In this document: piece after piece, positions 1 through 10,335 of the stretch
Layout: each line of letters opens with the position of its first letter
Position numbering within the stretch: position 1 is the stretch's first letter
Assembly (NCBI GenBank): GCA_013203145.1
Contig: JABMOV010000021.1
Location: forward strand, 10,059 to 74,058
Direction: 5' to 3'
Length of the DNA stretch: 64,000 bases
From: Fidelibacterota bacterium
GTDB lineage: Bacteria; Fidelibacterota; Marinisomatia; Marinisomatales; JABMOV01
Position numbers and translations under genes: made by a program
The notes under the pieces: model-generated
Seen by the model: the letters and a program-made list of their open reading frames with translations, nothing else
Told to the model about the DNA's origin: nothing
Databases searched by the model: none

Positions 1-441
1 CTGAAGAGCAATAAGTGCAATATTATCGCTTTTATTTTCCAGTTTTACACCCGACCGAAGATGTGATTCCAACCAGGAATAATCTTTTTCCATATTAGAC
101 GCATTCACAATAAGCATAAAATGATTGGTATATCGATAAATCAATATATCATCAATAATGCCGCCATCTTCCAGACACATTGCAGAATATTGAGCTTGTC
201 CAATTTTAAGCTTACTTACATCATTAATTGTGACAAGTTGGAGAAAATCAAGCGCACTATCACCTGATACAATGAATTCTCCCATATGACTCACGTCAAA
301 TAATCCGGCCTGCTCACGCACGGCCAAATGTTCGGCACTAATCCCTGAATATTGTACTGGCATTTCATACCCGGCGAAAGGTACCATTTTGGCACCTAAT
401 GCTAAGTGACGATCATGTAATGGTGACTGTTTCAACTCCAT
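1..441 (-). CDS. gcvT: Glycine cleavage system T protein (aminomethyltransferase); 5' part only, the gene runs off the left edge
   Basis: My own translation of the minus strand from the ATG at 441-439 gives [56 protein letters not shown]..., the canonical GcvT N-terminus. The ATG directly follows the TAA of the upstream gene. It is absent from the ORF track because it is truncated. Confidence 0.9.
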   Translation of the reverse strand, partial: MELKQSPLHDRHLALGAKMVPFAGYEMPVQYSGISAEHLAVREQAGLFDVSHMGEFIVSGDSALDFLQLVTINDVSKLKIGQAQYSAMCLEDGGIIDDILIYRYTNHFMLIVNASNMEKDYSWLESHLRSGVKLENKSDNIALIALQ

Positions 442-1638
442 TTATTTTAGCTCAAACCACGTTTTTAGTTTGCCAAGACCTTCTTTGATTTCATCAATGT
501 TTATACCAGAATAAGCAAACCGAATAAAAAATTCTGTTTCGTCTGGCATGGGACGGCCAAAATGATTTCGTGTGCAAAACGATACTCCTGTATTATACAA
601 TGCTCCATCCTGGAGTTGACTTAATTCGGTGTATCCCTTGCGCTTCATGATCGCTGTTACATTCGGGAAAAGATAAAATGTACTGTCAGGTAACGGTAGA
701 TTAATTCCATCAATCTCATTTAAATGAGCTACCGCAACATCTCTACGATGTTTCAACTCTGCCAGAATTCCTCTGGGTCCGCTCATATCCCCAGTCATTG
801 CTTCTACCATTGCCCACTGAATAAAGTGATTCGAACAAGATTCAGCATTCGTATTCAGTTTGCCAATAACATCAATGACTGCTTTTGGACCAATCGCACC
901 ACCTAACCGCCAACCAGTCATTGCAAACTTTTTAGAAAATGTATAGAGAATTACTGTCCGATCTCGCATCCCTGGAAAGGACACGATGGATTTTGGTTCT
1001 CCACTATAGCGAATCTCATAGTAAGCATCGTCTGCCAGAACCCAGAGATCATGTTTTACGGCTAATTTTGCAAGCGCTTCCATCTCATCAACCGATGAAG
1101 CAGCGCTGATTGGATTCTGATAGTTGTTATAGATTAATATGGTTGTTTTATCCGTAATGGATGCTTCAAGTTTTTCAATATCTATAGCAAAACCAGAGTC
1201 CGTTTGACTATAACTATAAGGGACCGCTATGCCGCCTTGAAATTCAATTTGACTTTCATAGATGGGATAACCAGGATTGGGATACAATACTTCGTCACCT
1301 TTATTCATTAATGCAGCAATAAATTTGCCGATCACTGGTTTACCACCAGGTTGAATGGCAACATTTTCAGCGGAATATTCAACACCACGCGTCTTTCCAA
1401 CATCCTTGGATAGAATCTCCCGTAGCTGTGGAATGCCAGCAGCAGGACAATATCCAGTTTTACCATTTGCTATAGCTTTCGCTGCGGCATCAACAATATT
1501 TTGAGGTGTCGGTAAATTGATATCACCTAAATGAAACGGATAGACCTTATTTCCTTTTGCAGCCCAATTTGCTGCCTGCGCAGATACTGCAAAAGCAGTT
1601 TCTGTACCGAGTTTATTTAATTGACTAGAAAATTTCAC
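442..1638 (-). CDS. Class I/II PLP-dependent aminotransferase
   Basis: 398-aa ORF with YPNPGYP and SFSKKFAMTGWRLG (PLP-lysine context). GTG start with GGAG about 6 nt upstream. Confidence 0.85.
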   Translation of the reverse strand: MKFSSQLNKLGTETAFAVSAQAANWAAKGNKVYPFHLGDINLPTPQNIVDAAAKAIANGKTGYCPAAGIPQLREILSKDVGKTRGVEYSAENVAIQPGGKPVIGKFIAALMNKGDEVLYPNPGYPIYESQIEFQGGIAVPYSYSQTDSGFAIDIEKLEASITDKTTILIYNNYQNPISAASSVDEMEALAKLAVKHDLWVLADDAYYEIRYSGEPKSIVSFPGMRDRTVILYTFSKKFAMTGWRLGGAIGPKAVIDVIGKLNTNAESCSNHFIQWAMVEAMTGDMSGPRGILAELKHRRDVAVAHLNEIDGINLPLPDSTFYLFPNVTAIMKRKGYTELSQLQDGALYNTGVSFCTRNHFGRPMPDETEFFIRFAYSGINIDEIKEGLGKLKTWFELK

Positions 1639-1647
1639 AATAATCTC

Positions 1648-2250
1648 CTATAATATTATTGAAAGTGCTTTTTTCAATATATCTTCAATAGAATCCGGAA
1701 CCCCCCCGGATTTCTCCATTTTTTTCAAAGCCTGATGAGCCTGGCTACGAGAATACCCCAAGGATACCATTGCATTTATGGCATCTCCAATAGTGTCAGA
1801 TTCAGTATGATCTCCAAACAAGGCCGATAGACTTTCATCATCATCCAGTTTAACAAATTTATCTTTTAGTTCAAGAATCATCCGCTTGGCAGTTTTGGGT
1901 CCAATTCCAGGGATGACTGTCAGGGATTTTACATCACCAGCTATAATTCTGGTTTTAAAATCGGTTGGGGATGTCCCTGCTAAAATGGTCATGGCAAGTC
2001 GTGGTCCAATTCCACTGATGCCAATAAGCATTATAAATAAATCACGTTGGTTTTCGGAATGAAAACCGTATAAATCCAAAATATCCTCACGAACATGGAG
2101 ATAAGTGAGAATAGTTACGGGTGTCTCGGATGCAGGTAAATATTCATACGTTGGTAAACTTATATGAGTTCTAAATCGCACGCCATGAACATCCAGGATT
2201 GCAAATGTTGGTTGCTTTTTGACTAATATACCATGAATTGAATCAATCAT
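1648..2250 (-). CDS. ruvA: Holliday junction helicase subunit RuvA
   Basis: Track ORF 1648..2280 trimmed to the ATG at 2250 (MIDSIHGILV..., a typical RuvA start), which forms an ATGA overlap with the ruvC stop. HhH motifs GIGPRLA and GIGPKTA. Confidence 0.9.
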   Translation of the reverse strand: MIDSIHGILVKKQPTFAILDVHGVRFRTHISLPTYEYLPASETPVTILTYLHVREDILDLYGFHSENQRDLFIMLIGISGIGPRLAMTILAGTSPTDFKTRIIAGDVKSLTVIPGIGPKTAKRMILELKDKFVKLDDDESLSALFGDHTESDTIGDAINAMVSLGYSRSQAHQALKKMEKSGGVPDSIEDILKKALSIIL

Positions 2251-2726
2251 GATATCAGCCCCGGTTGATTTAAATGACAAATTCCTACCGCCAAAGCGTC
2301 GCTGGCGTCCAGTGGTTTTGGAACTTCAGTTAGATTAAGTATGCGTTGCACCATATACTGAACTTGTTCTTTGGTAGCCGCTCCATTACCCACCACTGAT
2401 TTTTTTACTTTTCGAGGTGCATATTCAGCACATTGGATTCCAAAATTTGCTCCTGCTACAAGCAACGTTCCTCTGGCCTGTCCTAAAGCAATGGCAGATT
2501 TGACATTTTTTTGATAAAAAGTATCTTCAATTGCTAATTCGTCAGGTTGATATGTATTCATTATTTTTAATATTTCATCATGTAAATATTTCAATCGTAT
2601 CGCTAAGGATTCTTTTGCAGGTGGGCGAATTGTTCCATAGCAAATTGAGCGAATTTCATTTTTGTGTTGAATCAACATTCCGAATCCAGTCACAGATAAT
2701 CCAGGATCAATACCGATTACTTTCAT
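2247..2726 (-). CDS. ruvC: Crossover junction endodeoxyribonuclease RuvC
   Basis: 159 aa, MKVIGIDPGLSVTGFG..., AIEDTF; RuvC family, placed next to ruvA. Confidence 0.92.
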   Translation of the reverse strand: MKVIGIDPGLSVTGFGMLIQHKNEIRSICYGTIRPPAKESLAIRLKYLHDEILKIMNTYQPDELAIEDTFYQKNVKSAIALGQARGTLLVAGANFGIQCAEYAPRKVKKSVVGNGAATKEQVQYMVQRILNLTEVPKPLDASDALAVGICHLNQPGLIS

Positions 2727-2762
2727 TCTACCACTTCAAAAGACATGTTGATATCCAAATCA

Positions 2763-3503
2763 TTATTCTTCAATGTCAACTTCATCAACATCCATATTTG
2801 TATAGAGTTGATTGATATCATCATTATCATCCAATCCTTCTAAAAGATTCATTAACCTTTCGACTTCTTTCCCCTCAACCTTCTGTAGAGTCTTGGGAAT
2901 CATTTCTAGTTGGGCAGATTCCATTTCTAATCCTGCCTTTTCAAGCGCATCCCGTACACTCATCAGGTCGGCAGGTTCAGTGTATACTGTATAATAATCT
3001 TCATCTGCTTCAAAATCCTCTGCACCATTCTCTAAAGATAACTCGAGAACCTCATCTTCTTCCCCAACCGATGCTGGTAAAACTATTTGTCCTTTTTTAT
3101 CGAACATCCAGGAAACGCTTCCATTTTCACCCAGATTTCCACCATATTTGGTCATGAGGTGTCTGATTTCTGCTACAATACGGTTTTTATTATCGGTGAT
3201 AACCTCCATTAAAATTGCTACACCAGCGGGTCCATAACCCTCATAGGTTACTTCTTCGTAGTTTACGCCCGGCAATTCACCTGTTCCCTTTTGAATAGCT
3301 CGTTTCATATTATCAGCTGGCATATTTGCCGCTTTTGCTGTAATAATGGCTTGCCGCAATCTTGGATTTGAATTTTCGTCACAGCCACCCATTCGTGCCG
3401 CAATAGTAATTTCTTTTATAATTTTGGTGAATATTTTTCCACGTTTTGCATCAATAACGGCTTTTTTACGTTTTATCGTGGACCATTTACTGTGACCTGA
3501 CAT
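2763..3503 (-). CDS. yebC: YebC/PmpR family DNA-binding transcriptional regulator
   Basis: 246 aa, MSGHSKWSTIKRKKA...NMPADNMKRAI...; the hallmark YebC sequence, upstream of ruvC as in many bacteria. Confidence 0.92.
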   Translation of the reverse strand: MSGHSKWSTIKRKKAVIDAKRGKIFTKIIKEITIAARMGGCDENSNPRLRQAIITAKAANMPADNMKRAIQKGTGELPGVNYEEVTYEGYGPAGVAILMEVITDNKNRIVAEIRHLMTKYGGNLGENGSVSWMFDKKGQIVLPASVGEEDEVLELSLENGAEDFEADEDYYTVYTEPADLMSVRDALEKAGLEMESAQLEMIPKTLQKVEGKEVERLMNLLEGLDDNDDINQLYTNMDVDEVDIEE

Positions 3504-3623
3504 ATCTCTCCTTTTAAACGGTCTAAAATTTACGTTTAATCATCAATTTGAACCAAAGGCTATGGAATTTTATATTTTTGACAAATTACATGATGTGATA
3601 GGTCTTTCACCTATCGCTATGAA

Positions 3624-4067
3624 TTAATTCGAATAAACACGAGTTCTTATAATCCAAGCTGAATCGTATCCACGGGATTTAAGTGCATCCTGCAACTCTT
3701 CAGCCTGTTTTCTTACAATGCAATTCCCAACTCTGACCTTATAATTTGGTGCTTCAAAATCAATGTAAACTTCTGATCCATATTGTGTTGTTAATGCGCT
3801 ACGTAGACTATCTGCTTTCTCATAATAGCGAGTAGCCATAACCTGAACTCTATATCCATTTATTAGTTGTTCGCCAACCTGCCCTTGATCAGATTTTACT
3901 TCAAAATCCTCGATGGGTAATAAAGGATGCATGACTTTCGGCCAATTGGATTCTGGCTCATTTAACGTATTGGGATCAAAGTCTATTTTTTTCTTTTCCT
4001 CTGTTTGTGAAACCAGGAATGAAAAAATGGTGATAATGGCTATTAGAATGCGAATCATCGTGAGCAA
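3624..4067 (-). CDS. SPOR domain-containing membrane-anchored protein
   Basis: 147 aa. N-terminal TM, C-terminal GYRVQVMAT...YKVRVGNC...EELQDALKSRGY, a SPOR-type peptidoglycan-binding repeat. Confidence 0.7.
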   Translation of the reverse strand: MLTMIRILIAIITIFSFLVSQTEEKKKIDFDPNTLNEPESNWPKVMHPLLPIEDFEVKSDQGQVGEQLINGYRVQVMATRYYEKADSLRSALTTQYGSEVYIDFEAPNYKVRVGNCIVRKQAEELQDALKSRGYDSAWIIRTRVYSN

Positions 4068-4231
4068 AGTTTCAAGGTATAAGGTATAAAGTTCAAGGAA
4101 AAATTGGTTCCTTCGATAGGTACTGTAGTCTGCAAAGTCATTGTCATGAAATCGTTTGAATTATGGAAGGACTCATGATTCCTGTGAAATCCATGTAATC
4201 AGTTGCTACGGTCAATTCGTATATGTTATAG

Positions 4232-4981
4232 CTATAAGTCACGAATCGTATCAGATCGAATCCAGCCTTGTTTGCCATCTAACAAAATAATTTCTGTCCA
4301 GTCATCCTGTGCTTGTACAATTTCAACTTTTATGCCTTCATGAATTTTAAATAGCATGATGTCTGAGCGTTCAAATGGAGCGGAATATGTAAATACTTCA
4401 CTATCAACAATGATTGCCTCCGTTGTCTCCGTTATATCCCAGTACTGATCCAATGCCACGCCGTGACCCAAAATTCCAAGTATAATAAAAATAGTAATAA
4501 TGCTTCTGCCAACGCCAACTGGAAGGACTAGCTTAAATAAATTGAAAACAAATGCACTTAATAAAAAACACCCGATGCCAAACCACATCCATTGATTCAT
4601 CGAATAACTTGACTTTAGCCATCGATACCATTCTAAAATAAATAAGGCTTCAGGAACTTGGATTCGGTCTCTGACCTGGGCATTTGCAATGGATAAATTA
4701 TATTTCAAGTCACTATCCTGTGGGTCTTGTTGTAATCCCTTTTCATATGCCCAAATGGATAACCCATTGTAACCCAGACGATAGTAGGCATTACCAAGAT
4801 TATAATAGAGATTTTTATGCAGGTATCCTTGAGCGATCACTTCTTCATAATAATCGGCTGCTACTCTAAAGTCCTCATTCGTCATGGCCTGATTTCCAGA
4901 TACAAATAATTGATCAGGTGACTGAGCCTGCGGGTGCGCCATTGTAATTAAGGCAAATATGATAATACTAAATCTGGCCAT
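4232..4981 (-). CDS. BatE-like TPR/SH3b membrane protein
   Basis: 249 aa. Signal peptide, TPR (YYNLGNAYYRLG), TM helices, C-terminal SH3b-like GWIRSDTI. It is the last gene of the batA-E block. Confidence 0.65.
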   Translation of the reverse strand: MARFSIIIFALITMAHPQAQSPDQLFVSGNQAMTNEDFRVAADYYEEVIAQGYLHKNLYYNLGNAYYRLGYNGLSIWAYEKGLQQDPQDSDLKYNLSIANAQVRDRIQVPEALFILEWYRWLKSSYSMNQWMWFGIGCFLLSAFVFNLFKLVLPVGVGRSIITIFIILGILGHGVALDQYWDITETTEAIIVDSEVFTYSAPFERSDIMLFKIHEGIKVEIVQAQDDWTEIILLDGKQGWIRSDTIRDL

Positions 4982-6731
4982 CGATCTCTTTCAATACATT
5001 TACCGTTTCATCTAGTAATGTATCCGCTCTTTGGATCGCTCCGGGAGCATATCGACCAGCATCACATACTTTTAGAATTTCAAGGAGAGACAGTAAGGTT
5101 TTGTGGTCAATTTTACTGGTAAATTGTTTTTCCACAGCCAGTGGATCTAGATTAACCGAAGTAAGATCAAATCGCTCTTTTAAATATAAATATACCGATG
5201 ATGCCGAATGTTCGAAAACATCCTCGCCTGGATTTTTCAGACTTTTAATAGCGTGTCGCAAAGCGCTTTTTGAGATTCGTGACTGAGCTGATCCGGTTTT
5301 CTGCTTCTGAACATTAACCACCATTCCCGGTAAAAAGTATAGGCCAAATATTATTATATAGATTCCAAAATACTTCCAATTGAATGTAACGGCATCGCTG
5401 GTTTCCCACATGGGAATCTCTGACCTAAAATATCGTATATCTTTACCTAATAATACTATCTCTTCTTTCGTAAATCCTGGTCCAGTAGATATGGTTTGTT
5501 CGCCAGGATGAACGGTTAGTCGAATAGCCTGCGTTTCGGTACTTTCCCAATTTCTGGTGGATGGATTATAGAAAGGAAATTTTATTCGTGGCAGCATATA
5601 AGTACCAGGTTTGCGGGGAATCAAAATATACTCAATAGAAATTTTACCGGTAATTTCGTCACGAAATGGATCACGCTCTATTTCAGTTGTTGGTGGAAAT
5701 ACTTCCAAATCGGCGGGAAATTCAATATCTGGGATTTTTAAGATGGGTAGATTTCCCGTTCCTTCAAGTTCAACCCGAAAGGTCACTGCCTCATTGGCTT
5801 TTATTTCATTCTGATCAATTATTCCACGGATAACAAATTGACCTACAGCATTGGTATATCCGGATGGCGCCTTACTTTCATAAGGTCGCACTTCAATGAC
5901 ATCTTCTTCTGTACGGATAACTTTTAGTTTCGTTGATCGACTATTAAAAAACGGATCCAGGGAATTAAAAAATGGATCATCCCAAACGCTTCTACGACGC
6001 TTATTACTTTTTACTTCTACATTACCATTGATGACCATGGATGGTAATGAAATCTGACCAATTTTAGTAGGGAATAACGCCACTTTATATAGAGTCGCTA
6101 CTTTATATCTTTCGCCTTTGATTTGTGTGTCCCGAAAATCGATTTGTCTTGGAGTATATAATTCTTCTGTCCAAAATCCTATATATTCAGGAAAGGTGAT
6201 TTCTGAAATAGTTACATTCACCCGAGTATATAGTTTATAGCCAACCGTGACTTGTTCTCCAATGACCACGGAATTTTTGTCAATTTCTGATAATATGAAT
6301 AAATCATCTGGATCATCGCTGACTTGAGATTTTGAAACTTTTATTGTCAATTCGTTGGTTTTATATGTTTTTCTTCCAACTTTTACAGGCAAAGATGGGA
6401 TTTTTATCACACCTTCACGATTCGCTATTAATGTCCAGGAAATTTTTCTGGAAGACGTCATTTTTCCATTAACAAATTGCATATTCGATTGTTGAGATGG
6501 ACCACTCACGACCGAAAAATCTTTCAGTAATGGAGCGATATCGACACTAGGATTACTAGAAATGCCTTCAGCCGAAATTGTAAATGATATTACATCATTA
6601 ATGGTAACCGATCTAACATCGACAGTGGCAGTTACTTTTTGGGCAAAAACAGATGAGAATAAAACAAAAAATAGTATGCTATATAAAAGATAATGTCTTT
6701 TTCTGTTTATAATATTTCTTATAAAATTCAT
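4968..6731 (-). CDS. BatD-like oxygen-tolerance protein
   Basis: 587 aa. Signal peptide, repeated beta-rich domains, a single late TM (YFGIYIIIFGLYFLPG) and a cytoplasmic tail. Its position after the BatC-like TPR gene matches the BatD architecture. Confidence 0.7.
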   Translation of the reverse strand: MNFIRNIINRKRHYLLYSILFFVLFSSVFAQKVTATVDVRSVTINDVISFTISAEGISSNPSVDIAPLLKDFSVVSGPSQQSNMQFVNGKMTSSRKISWTLIANREGVIKIPSLPVKVGRKTYKTNELTIKVSKSQVSDDPDDLFILSEIDKNSVVIGEQVTVGYKLYTRVNVTISEITFPEYIGFWTEELYTPRQIDFRDTQIKGERYKVATLYKVALFPTKIGQISLPSMVINGNVEVKSNKRRRSVWDDPFFNSLDPFFNSRSTKLKVIRTEEDVIEVRPYESKAPSGYTNAVGQFVIRGIIDQNEIKANEAVTFRVELEGTGNLPILKIPDIEFPADLEVFPPTTEIERDPFRDEITGKISIEYILIPRKPGTYMLPRIKFPFYNPSTRNWESTETQAIRLTVHPGEQTISTGPGFTKEEIVLLGKDIRYFRSEIPMWETSDAVTFNWKYFGIYIIIFGLYFLPGMVVNVQKQKTGSAQSRISKSALRHAIKSLKNPGEDVFEHSASSVYLYLKERFDLTSVNLDPLAVEKQFTSKIDHKTLLSLLEILKVCDAGRYAPGAIQRADTLLDETVNVLKEIDGQI

Positions 6732-6742
6732 CTGAAAAATTA

Positions 6743-7306
6743 CTACCAGTCCTTCTCTAATTTTCTAGATGTTTTCTTTGCAATTTGCCGTTTCTGGAGA
6801 ATTTTTTCGTCATCCTTTAAAGCATCTAAAATTGCTGCAGCATTTTGTTTATCCTGATCATCATTTTCTTTTTCTTCATCATTTTCCTTGAAGGCAGGAT
6901 TTGGTTCTTCTTCTTCACTCTCTTCATCATCTAATGATTGTTGATTTTCTTGCTGTTCTTCCTTGTCCTGTTTTTCTTCTTCGCTTTGTTCCTGTTGTTC
7001 ATCTTCAGATTGAGATTGTTGATCCTGTTTTTGTTCTTGCTCTTCTTTTTCCTGATCTTCTTTGCTTTGTTCCTGATTTTGCGACTGCTGATCTTGTTGT
7101 TCTTGTTCTTCATCCTGCAATAAACCACCCAAAGCATTTAATTGTGGATTATTTGGATAGTAATATAGTCCGTCTTGTATTATTTGGGCAGCCTTCTTTT
7201 TTTCGCTTTTTGTATAATGGTTTGCGGCAGTATGAAAATAGTCTTCCCATCCAGCGCCAAAAAGGAGAGTAAAACAAACGCCCATTAATAATATATTTCT
7301 TATCAT
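6743..7306 (-). CDS. Secreted/TPR-like protein with an extreme Q/E/D low-complexity region
   Basis: 187 aa. N-terminal hydrophobic segment, then about 90 residues that are almost only Q/E/D/K/S. Start overlaps the BatC stop (7303-7306). Confidence 0.6.
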   Translation of the reverse strand: MIRNILLMGVCFTLLFGAGWEDYFHTAANHYTKSEKKKAAQIIQDGLYYYPNNPQLNALGGLLQDEEQEQQDQQSQNQEQSKEDQEKEEQEQKQDQQSQSEDEQQEQSEEEKQDKEEQQENQQSLDDEESEEEEPNPAFKENDEEKENDDQDKQNAAAILDALKDDEKILQKRQIAKKTSRKLEKDW

Positions 7307-7947
7307 TGCACACCTGCAATCAAGTTATATACATCACGAATTTTTTGAACATAATCCTGAAACGATGCTGCAGTTGGATCGATCTTAAGTAGGTTTTCCA
7401 TCAGACTTGTTGCTTCGGCATACATTCGTTGTTCGACCAGTTTTTCTGCTTCTTTTTTAATCCGTTTTGCCTCTTCAGAAGGTTTAGGAGGTGGCTGGCT
7501 ATCCTGATCTTGTTGATTTTGTTGATCCTGATGAAGCAGGAATTCATAGTTATATTTGGCATCCATATCATCGGGATTTAGAGATATGGCTTTTTTGAAC
7601 AATGACATGCTTTCTTTCACCTTCTGAGTTTTATAGGCAACATGTCCCAAATTATAAATTGCATCGGATTGTAATGTGTTATCGTCCTTAATAGCAACTT
7701 GAGTAAATGCTTGATTTGCTGTTTCAAGATCCCCTTGTTCCATGGCGGCAACTCCTAAACCAAACCACGCAAATTCGTTATCATTATCTTCGGTCAATAT
7801 TTGTTCATAGTAGGACCTTGCGCCGTCAAAATTTTTGTTTTTATAATGTGCCAATCCTTCGTCATTAGAATCCTGAGAAACCAGTAATGAAATGGTGCTC
7901 ACAATAATGAATATATTTTTATTCAACGAAACGACCTTTCCATTCAT
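7303..7947 (-). CDS. BatC-like TPR protein
   Basis: 214 aa. Signal/TM then TPR repeats (AWFGLGVAAMEQGD, AIYNLGHVAYK). Lies between the VWA genes and BatD. Confidence 0.65.
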   Translation of the reverse strand: MNGKVVSLNKNIFIIVSTISLLVSQDSNDEGLAHYKNKNFDGARSYYEQILTEDNDNEFAWFGLGVAAMEQGDLETANQAFTQVAIKDDNTLQSDAIYNLGHVAYKTQKVKESMSLFKKAISLNPDDMDAKYNYEFLLHQDQQNQQDQDSQPPPKPSEEAKRIKKEAEKLVEQRMYAEATSLMENLLKIDPTAASFQDYVQKIRDVYNLIAGVQ

Positions 7948-8947
7948 CAGAGACTACTCGTTTTGTTGGATATATGAATCCAACGGTTAATAGAATAAAT
8001 GCAATTAGACCAAATATGTGATATCGATCTTCGTACTCAGAAAATTCATGGGTGCTAATGGTTCTCTTTTCCATTTGGTTAATCGCTTTTATTAAATCTC
8101 TATGTGTAGCCAATCGGTTGTCAAACCGGATAAATATCCCACCTCCAGCATGTGCAATCTCTCTCAATAACGACTCATTTAAAACTGAGGTCACTAATTT
8201 CCCCTGTTTGTCTTTTTTATACTCTTCTCTTATGCCTTTTTTCGTTTTCAACGGGATTAGTGATCCTGTAGCAGTTCCTACGCCGATTGCGTGAATAGAG
8301 AAACCCGCTTTTCTGGCTTTTCGTGCAATTTCGATAGCTTCTCCTTCATGATCTTCGCCGTCTGTGACCAATACCAAAACTTTATACTTTTCCGTATCTT
8401 CGCTGAAGGCAGAAATTCCAGTATTTAAAGCCGATCCCATGGATGTACCTTGTGTGGGTATCATTTCCGTATCAATGGCATCTAAAAAAAGCAGGGCAGC
8501 TTCGTAGTCGCTGGTTAGAGGCAAGTACAAATGACTAGAACCAGCAAAAACTATAAGCGCTACTCGATCTCCTTGCAGATTGCGAATGACTTGACCAATT
8601 TCATACTTAGCTTTTTCTAATCGGCTTGGGACAATATCCTCTGCATTCATACTTGTGGAAACATCAATGGCAAAAACAAGGTCAACACCTTTGCGTTCAA
8701 CGGGTTTCACACGAATACCGATTTGAGGTCCTGCAGCCGATATTATTAAAAAGCTCATTCCCCAAAAGATAAATTTGCGTTTCCAAGATAATCGACGAAA
8801 ATCGAATCTGGTAAATAAATTTTGCCGTAGAGTCTCTTTGGTCTCTTTTAATAATATTCCACGTCGTTTCTGGATTCTCTGGCTGATGAAATTAACCAAA
8901 ATCATCACTACTATTAACCCTAGAACAATGGGATACCGCCAACTCAT
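7919..8947 (-). CDS. BatB-like von Willebrand factor A membrane protein
   Basis: 342 aa. N-terminal TMs, VWA domain with MIDAS DVSTSM, C-terminal TM. Confidence 0.8.
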   Translation of the reverse strand: MSWRYPIVLGLIVVMILVNFISQRIQKRRGILLKETKETLRQNLFTRFDFRRLSWKRKFIFWGMSFLIISAAGPQIGIRVKPVERKGVDLVFAIDVSTSMNAEDIVPSRLEKAKYEIGQVIRNLQGDRVALIVFAGSSHLYLPLTSDYEAALLFLDAIDTEMIPTQGTSMGSALNTGISAFSEDTEKYKVLVLVTDGEDHEGEAIEIARKARKAGFSIHAIGVGTATGSLIPLKTKKGIREEYKKDKQGKLVTSVLNESLLREIAHAGGGIFIRFDNRLATHRDLIKAINQMEKRTISTHEFSEYEDRYHIFGLIAFILLTVGFIYPTKRVVSDEWKGRFVE

Positions 8948-9918
8948 GAATCAATCCTTTTCATCCAAATTCGATTAAAGGATCTATGCATCAATCCTAA
9001 TATCATAGCGGGTATTAAAAACCAACCATATAATTCGCGATATAAATTGAATTCTTTTACTTCAATTTCAGTCCGCTCTAATTGGTCAATTTCTTTGTAA
9101 ACATTTTCCAGTGATTGGACATCAGTAGCTCTGAAATATTGACCACCTGTTTTTTGGGCAATTGATTTCAGCGATTCTTCATCTATTTCATTTCTAATAT
9201 GTCCCCGATTAGGAATAAAAGTGGTCGATTGATTTGTTCCTGCCCCAATCGTGTAAATTTTTATATCAAATTGTGCTGCCATATCCGCGGCAGTAATAGG
9301 ATCTAATTCACCTGCATTGTTACTGCCATCTGATAAAAGGACAATAATTTTACTTTTTGCGTCACTATGACGCAACCGGTTCGTCGCATTTGCTATTACC
9401 ATTCCAATGGCAGTTCCATCGTATTCACGTTCTGCGATTTGAACTTCATGTAATAAACCAGTTAACACTTCTTTGTCGACGGTAAGGGGACATTGAATAA
9501 ACGTTTCCCCTGCAAAGACTAATATCCCAACTCGATCTTCAGTCCTATTTTGAATGAACGTTTTCGCTGTTTCTTTTACCGCTTCAAGTCGATTCGGTTT
9601 AAAATCTTCTGCTAACATACTGCTGCTAATATCTACGGCAAGAATTATATCTATTACTTCTACAGTGGTTTCCTGCAGTTTATCGGTTATGCGTGGTCCT
9701 GATAATCCCAAAATAATAAGAATTAATATTAATAATTCTAAAAGTTGCAGGACATATTTTTTACGTTTTCCACGATTTATCATGGATTGAGGAAGGATTG
9801 CTTTATTAGATATGCGAAGTGATCCCTCTTGCTTTAATCCACGCCGAAGCATAAAATAAGCAATTAACGGAATCACGAACCCCAGTAATAAATACCAGGG
9901 ATGCAAAAATTCAATCAT
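8944..9918 (-). CDS. BatA-like von Willebrand factor A membrane protein
   Basis: 324 aa. N-terminal TMs, VWA domain with MIDAS DISSSM, C-terminal TM. 4-nt overlap with the next gene. Confidence 0.8.
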   Translation of the reverse strand: MIEFLHPWYLLLGFVIPLIAYFMLRRGLKQEGSLRISNKAILPQSMINRGKRKKYVLQLLELLILILIILGLSGPRITDKLQETTVEVIDIILAVDISSSMLAEDFKPNRLEAVKETAKTFIQNRTEDRVGILVFAGETFIQCPLTVDKEVLTGLLHEVQIAEREYDGTAIGMVIANATNRLRHSDAKSKIIVLLSDGSNNAGELDPITAADMAAQFDIKIYTIGAGTNQSTTFIPNRGHIRNEIDEESLKSIAQKTGGQYFRATDVQSLENVYKEIDQLERTEIEVKEFNLYRELYGWFLIPAMILGLMHRSFNRIWMKRIDS

Positions 9919-10072
9919 ACCACTCCATATTTACGTCGTTAATACCTAATTGCTCTCTACGATAATTGAACGGAAATGTTTCATGATTAAACCAAATTAA
10001 ACATGAATCAATTGCGTGTGCGCTTGTCTATATTATTTTTTACTTATGAAAATTTATAAATAAAATTAGAAG

Positions 10073-10297
10073 TTATTCTTTTTCCTTCGAGTCTAAATCA
10101 ACTTGTTTTGAAGCATCATCAATTTCTTTTTTTGCCCCATCCACTGCGCCTTTAAACTCACGAATACCCTGACCTAAACCTTTGGCCAATTCGGGTAATC
10201 TCTTTGCACCGAATAATAATAGAATGACTAAAAATATAAGCAGAATCTCTCCATAACCCAAATTGAAAACCGCGTATTGTATGTCCATGTTACTCAT
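10073..10297 (-). CDS. tatA: Twin-arginine translocase subunit TatA/E
   Basis: 74 aa. One TM followed by [21 protein letters not shown], the Tat amphipathic helix. Confidence 0.9.
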   Translation of the reverse strand: MSNMDIQYAVFNLGYGEILLIFLVILLLFGAKRLPELAKGLGQGIREFKGAVDGAKKEIDDASKQVDLDSKEKE

Positions 10298-10335
10298 AAT
10301 ATTCTCCTGTATTGCTGCGAAATTTAATGGAATCC

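Noticed and set aside
3597-3615. Hairpin GATAGGT-CTTTC-ACCTATC after the SPOR gene as an intrinsic terminator. Similar small hairpins occur at 4100-4118 and 31761-31777.
   Set aside because: The stems are only 6-7 bp and no U-tract follows on the transcribed strand. That is too weak to call.
6901-7272. Three overlapping ORFs (6901..7272 +, 6931..7137 -, 6938..7123 +) that could suggest overlapping genes.
   Set aside because: They are artefacts of the purine/pyrimidine-asymmetric low-complexity DNA encoding the Q/E-rich protein. Their products are poly-L/F or poly-K/N strings.
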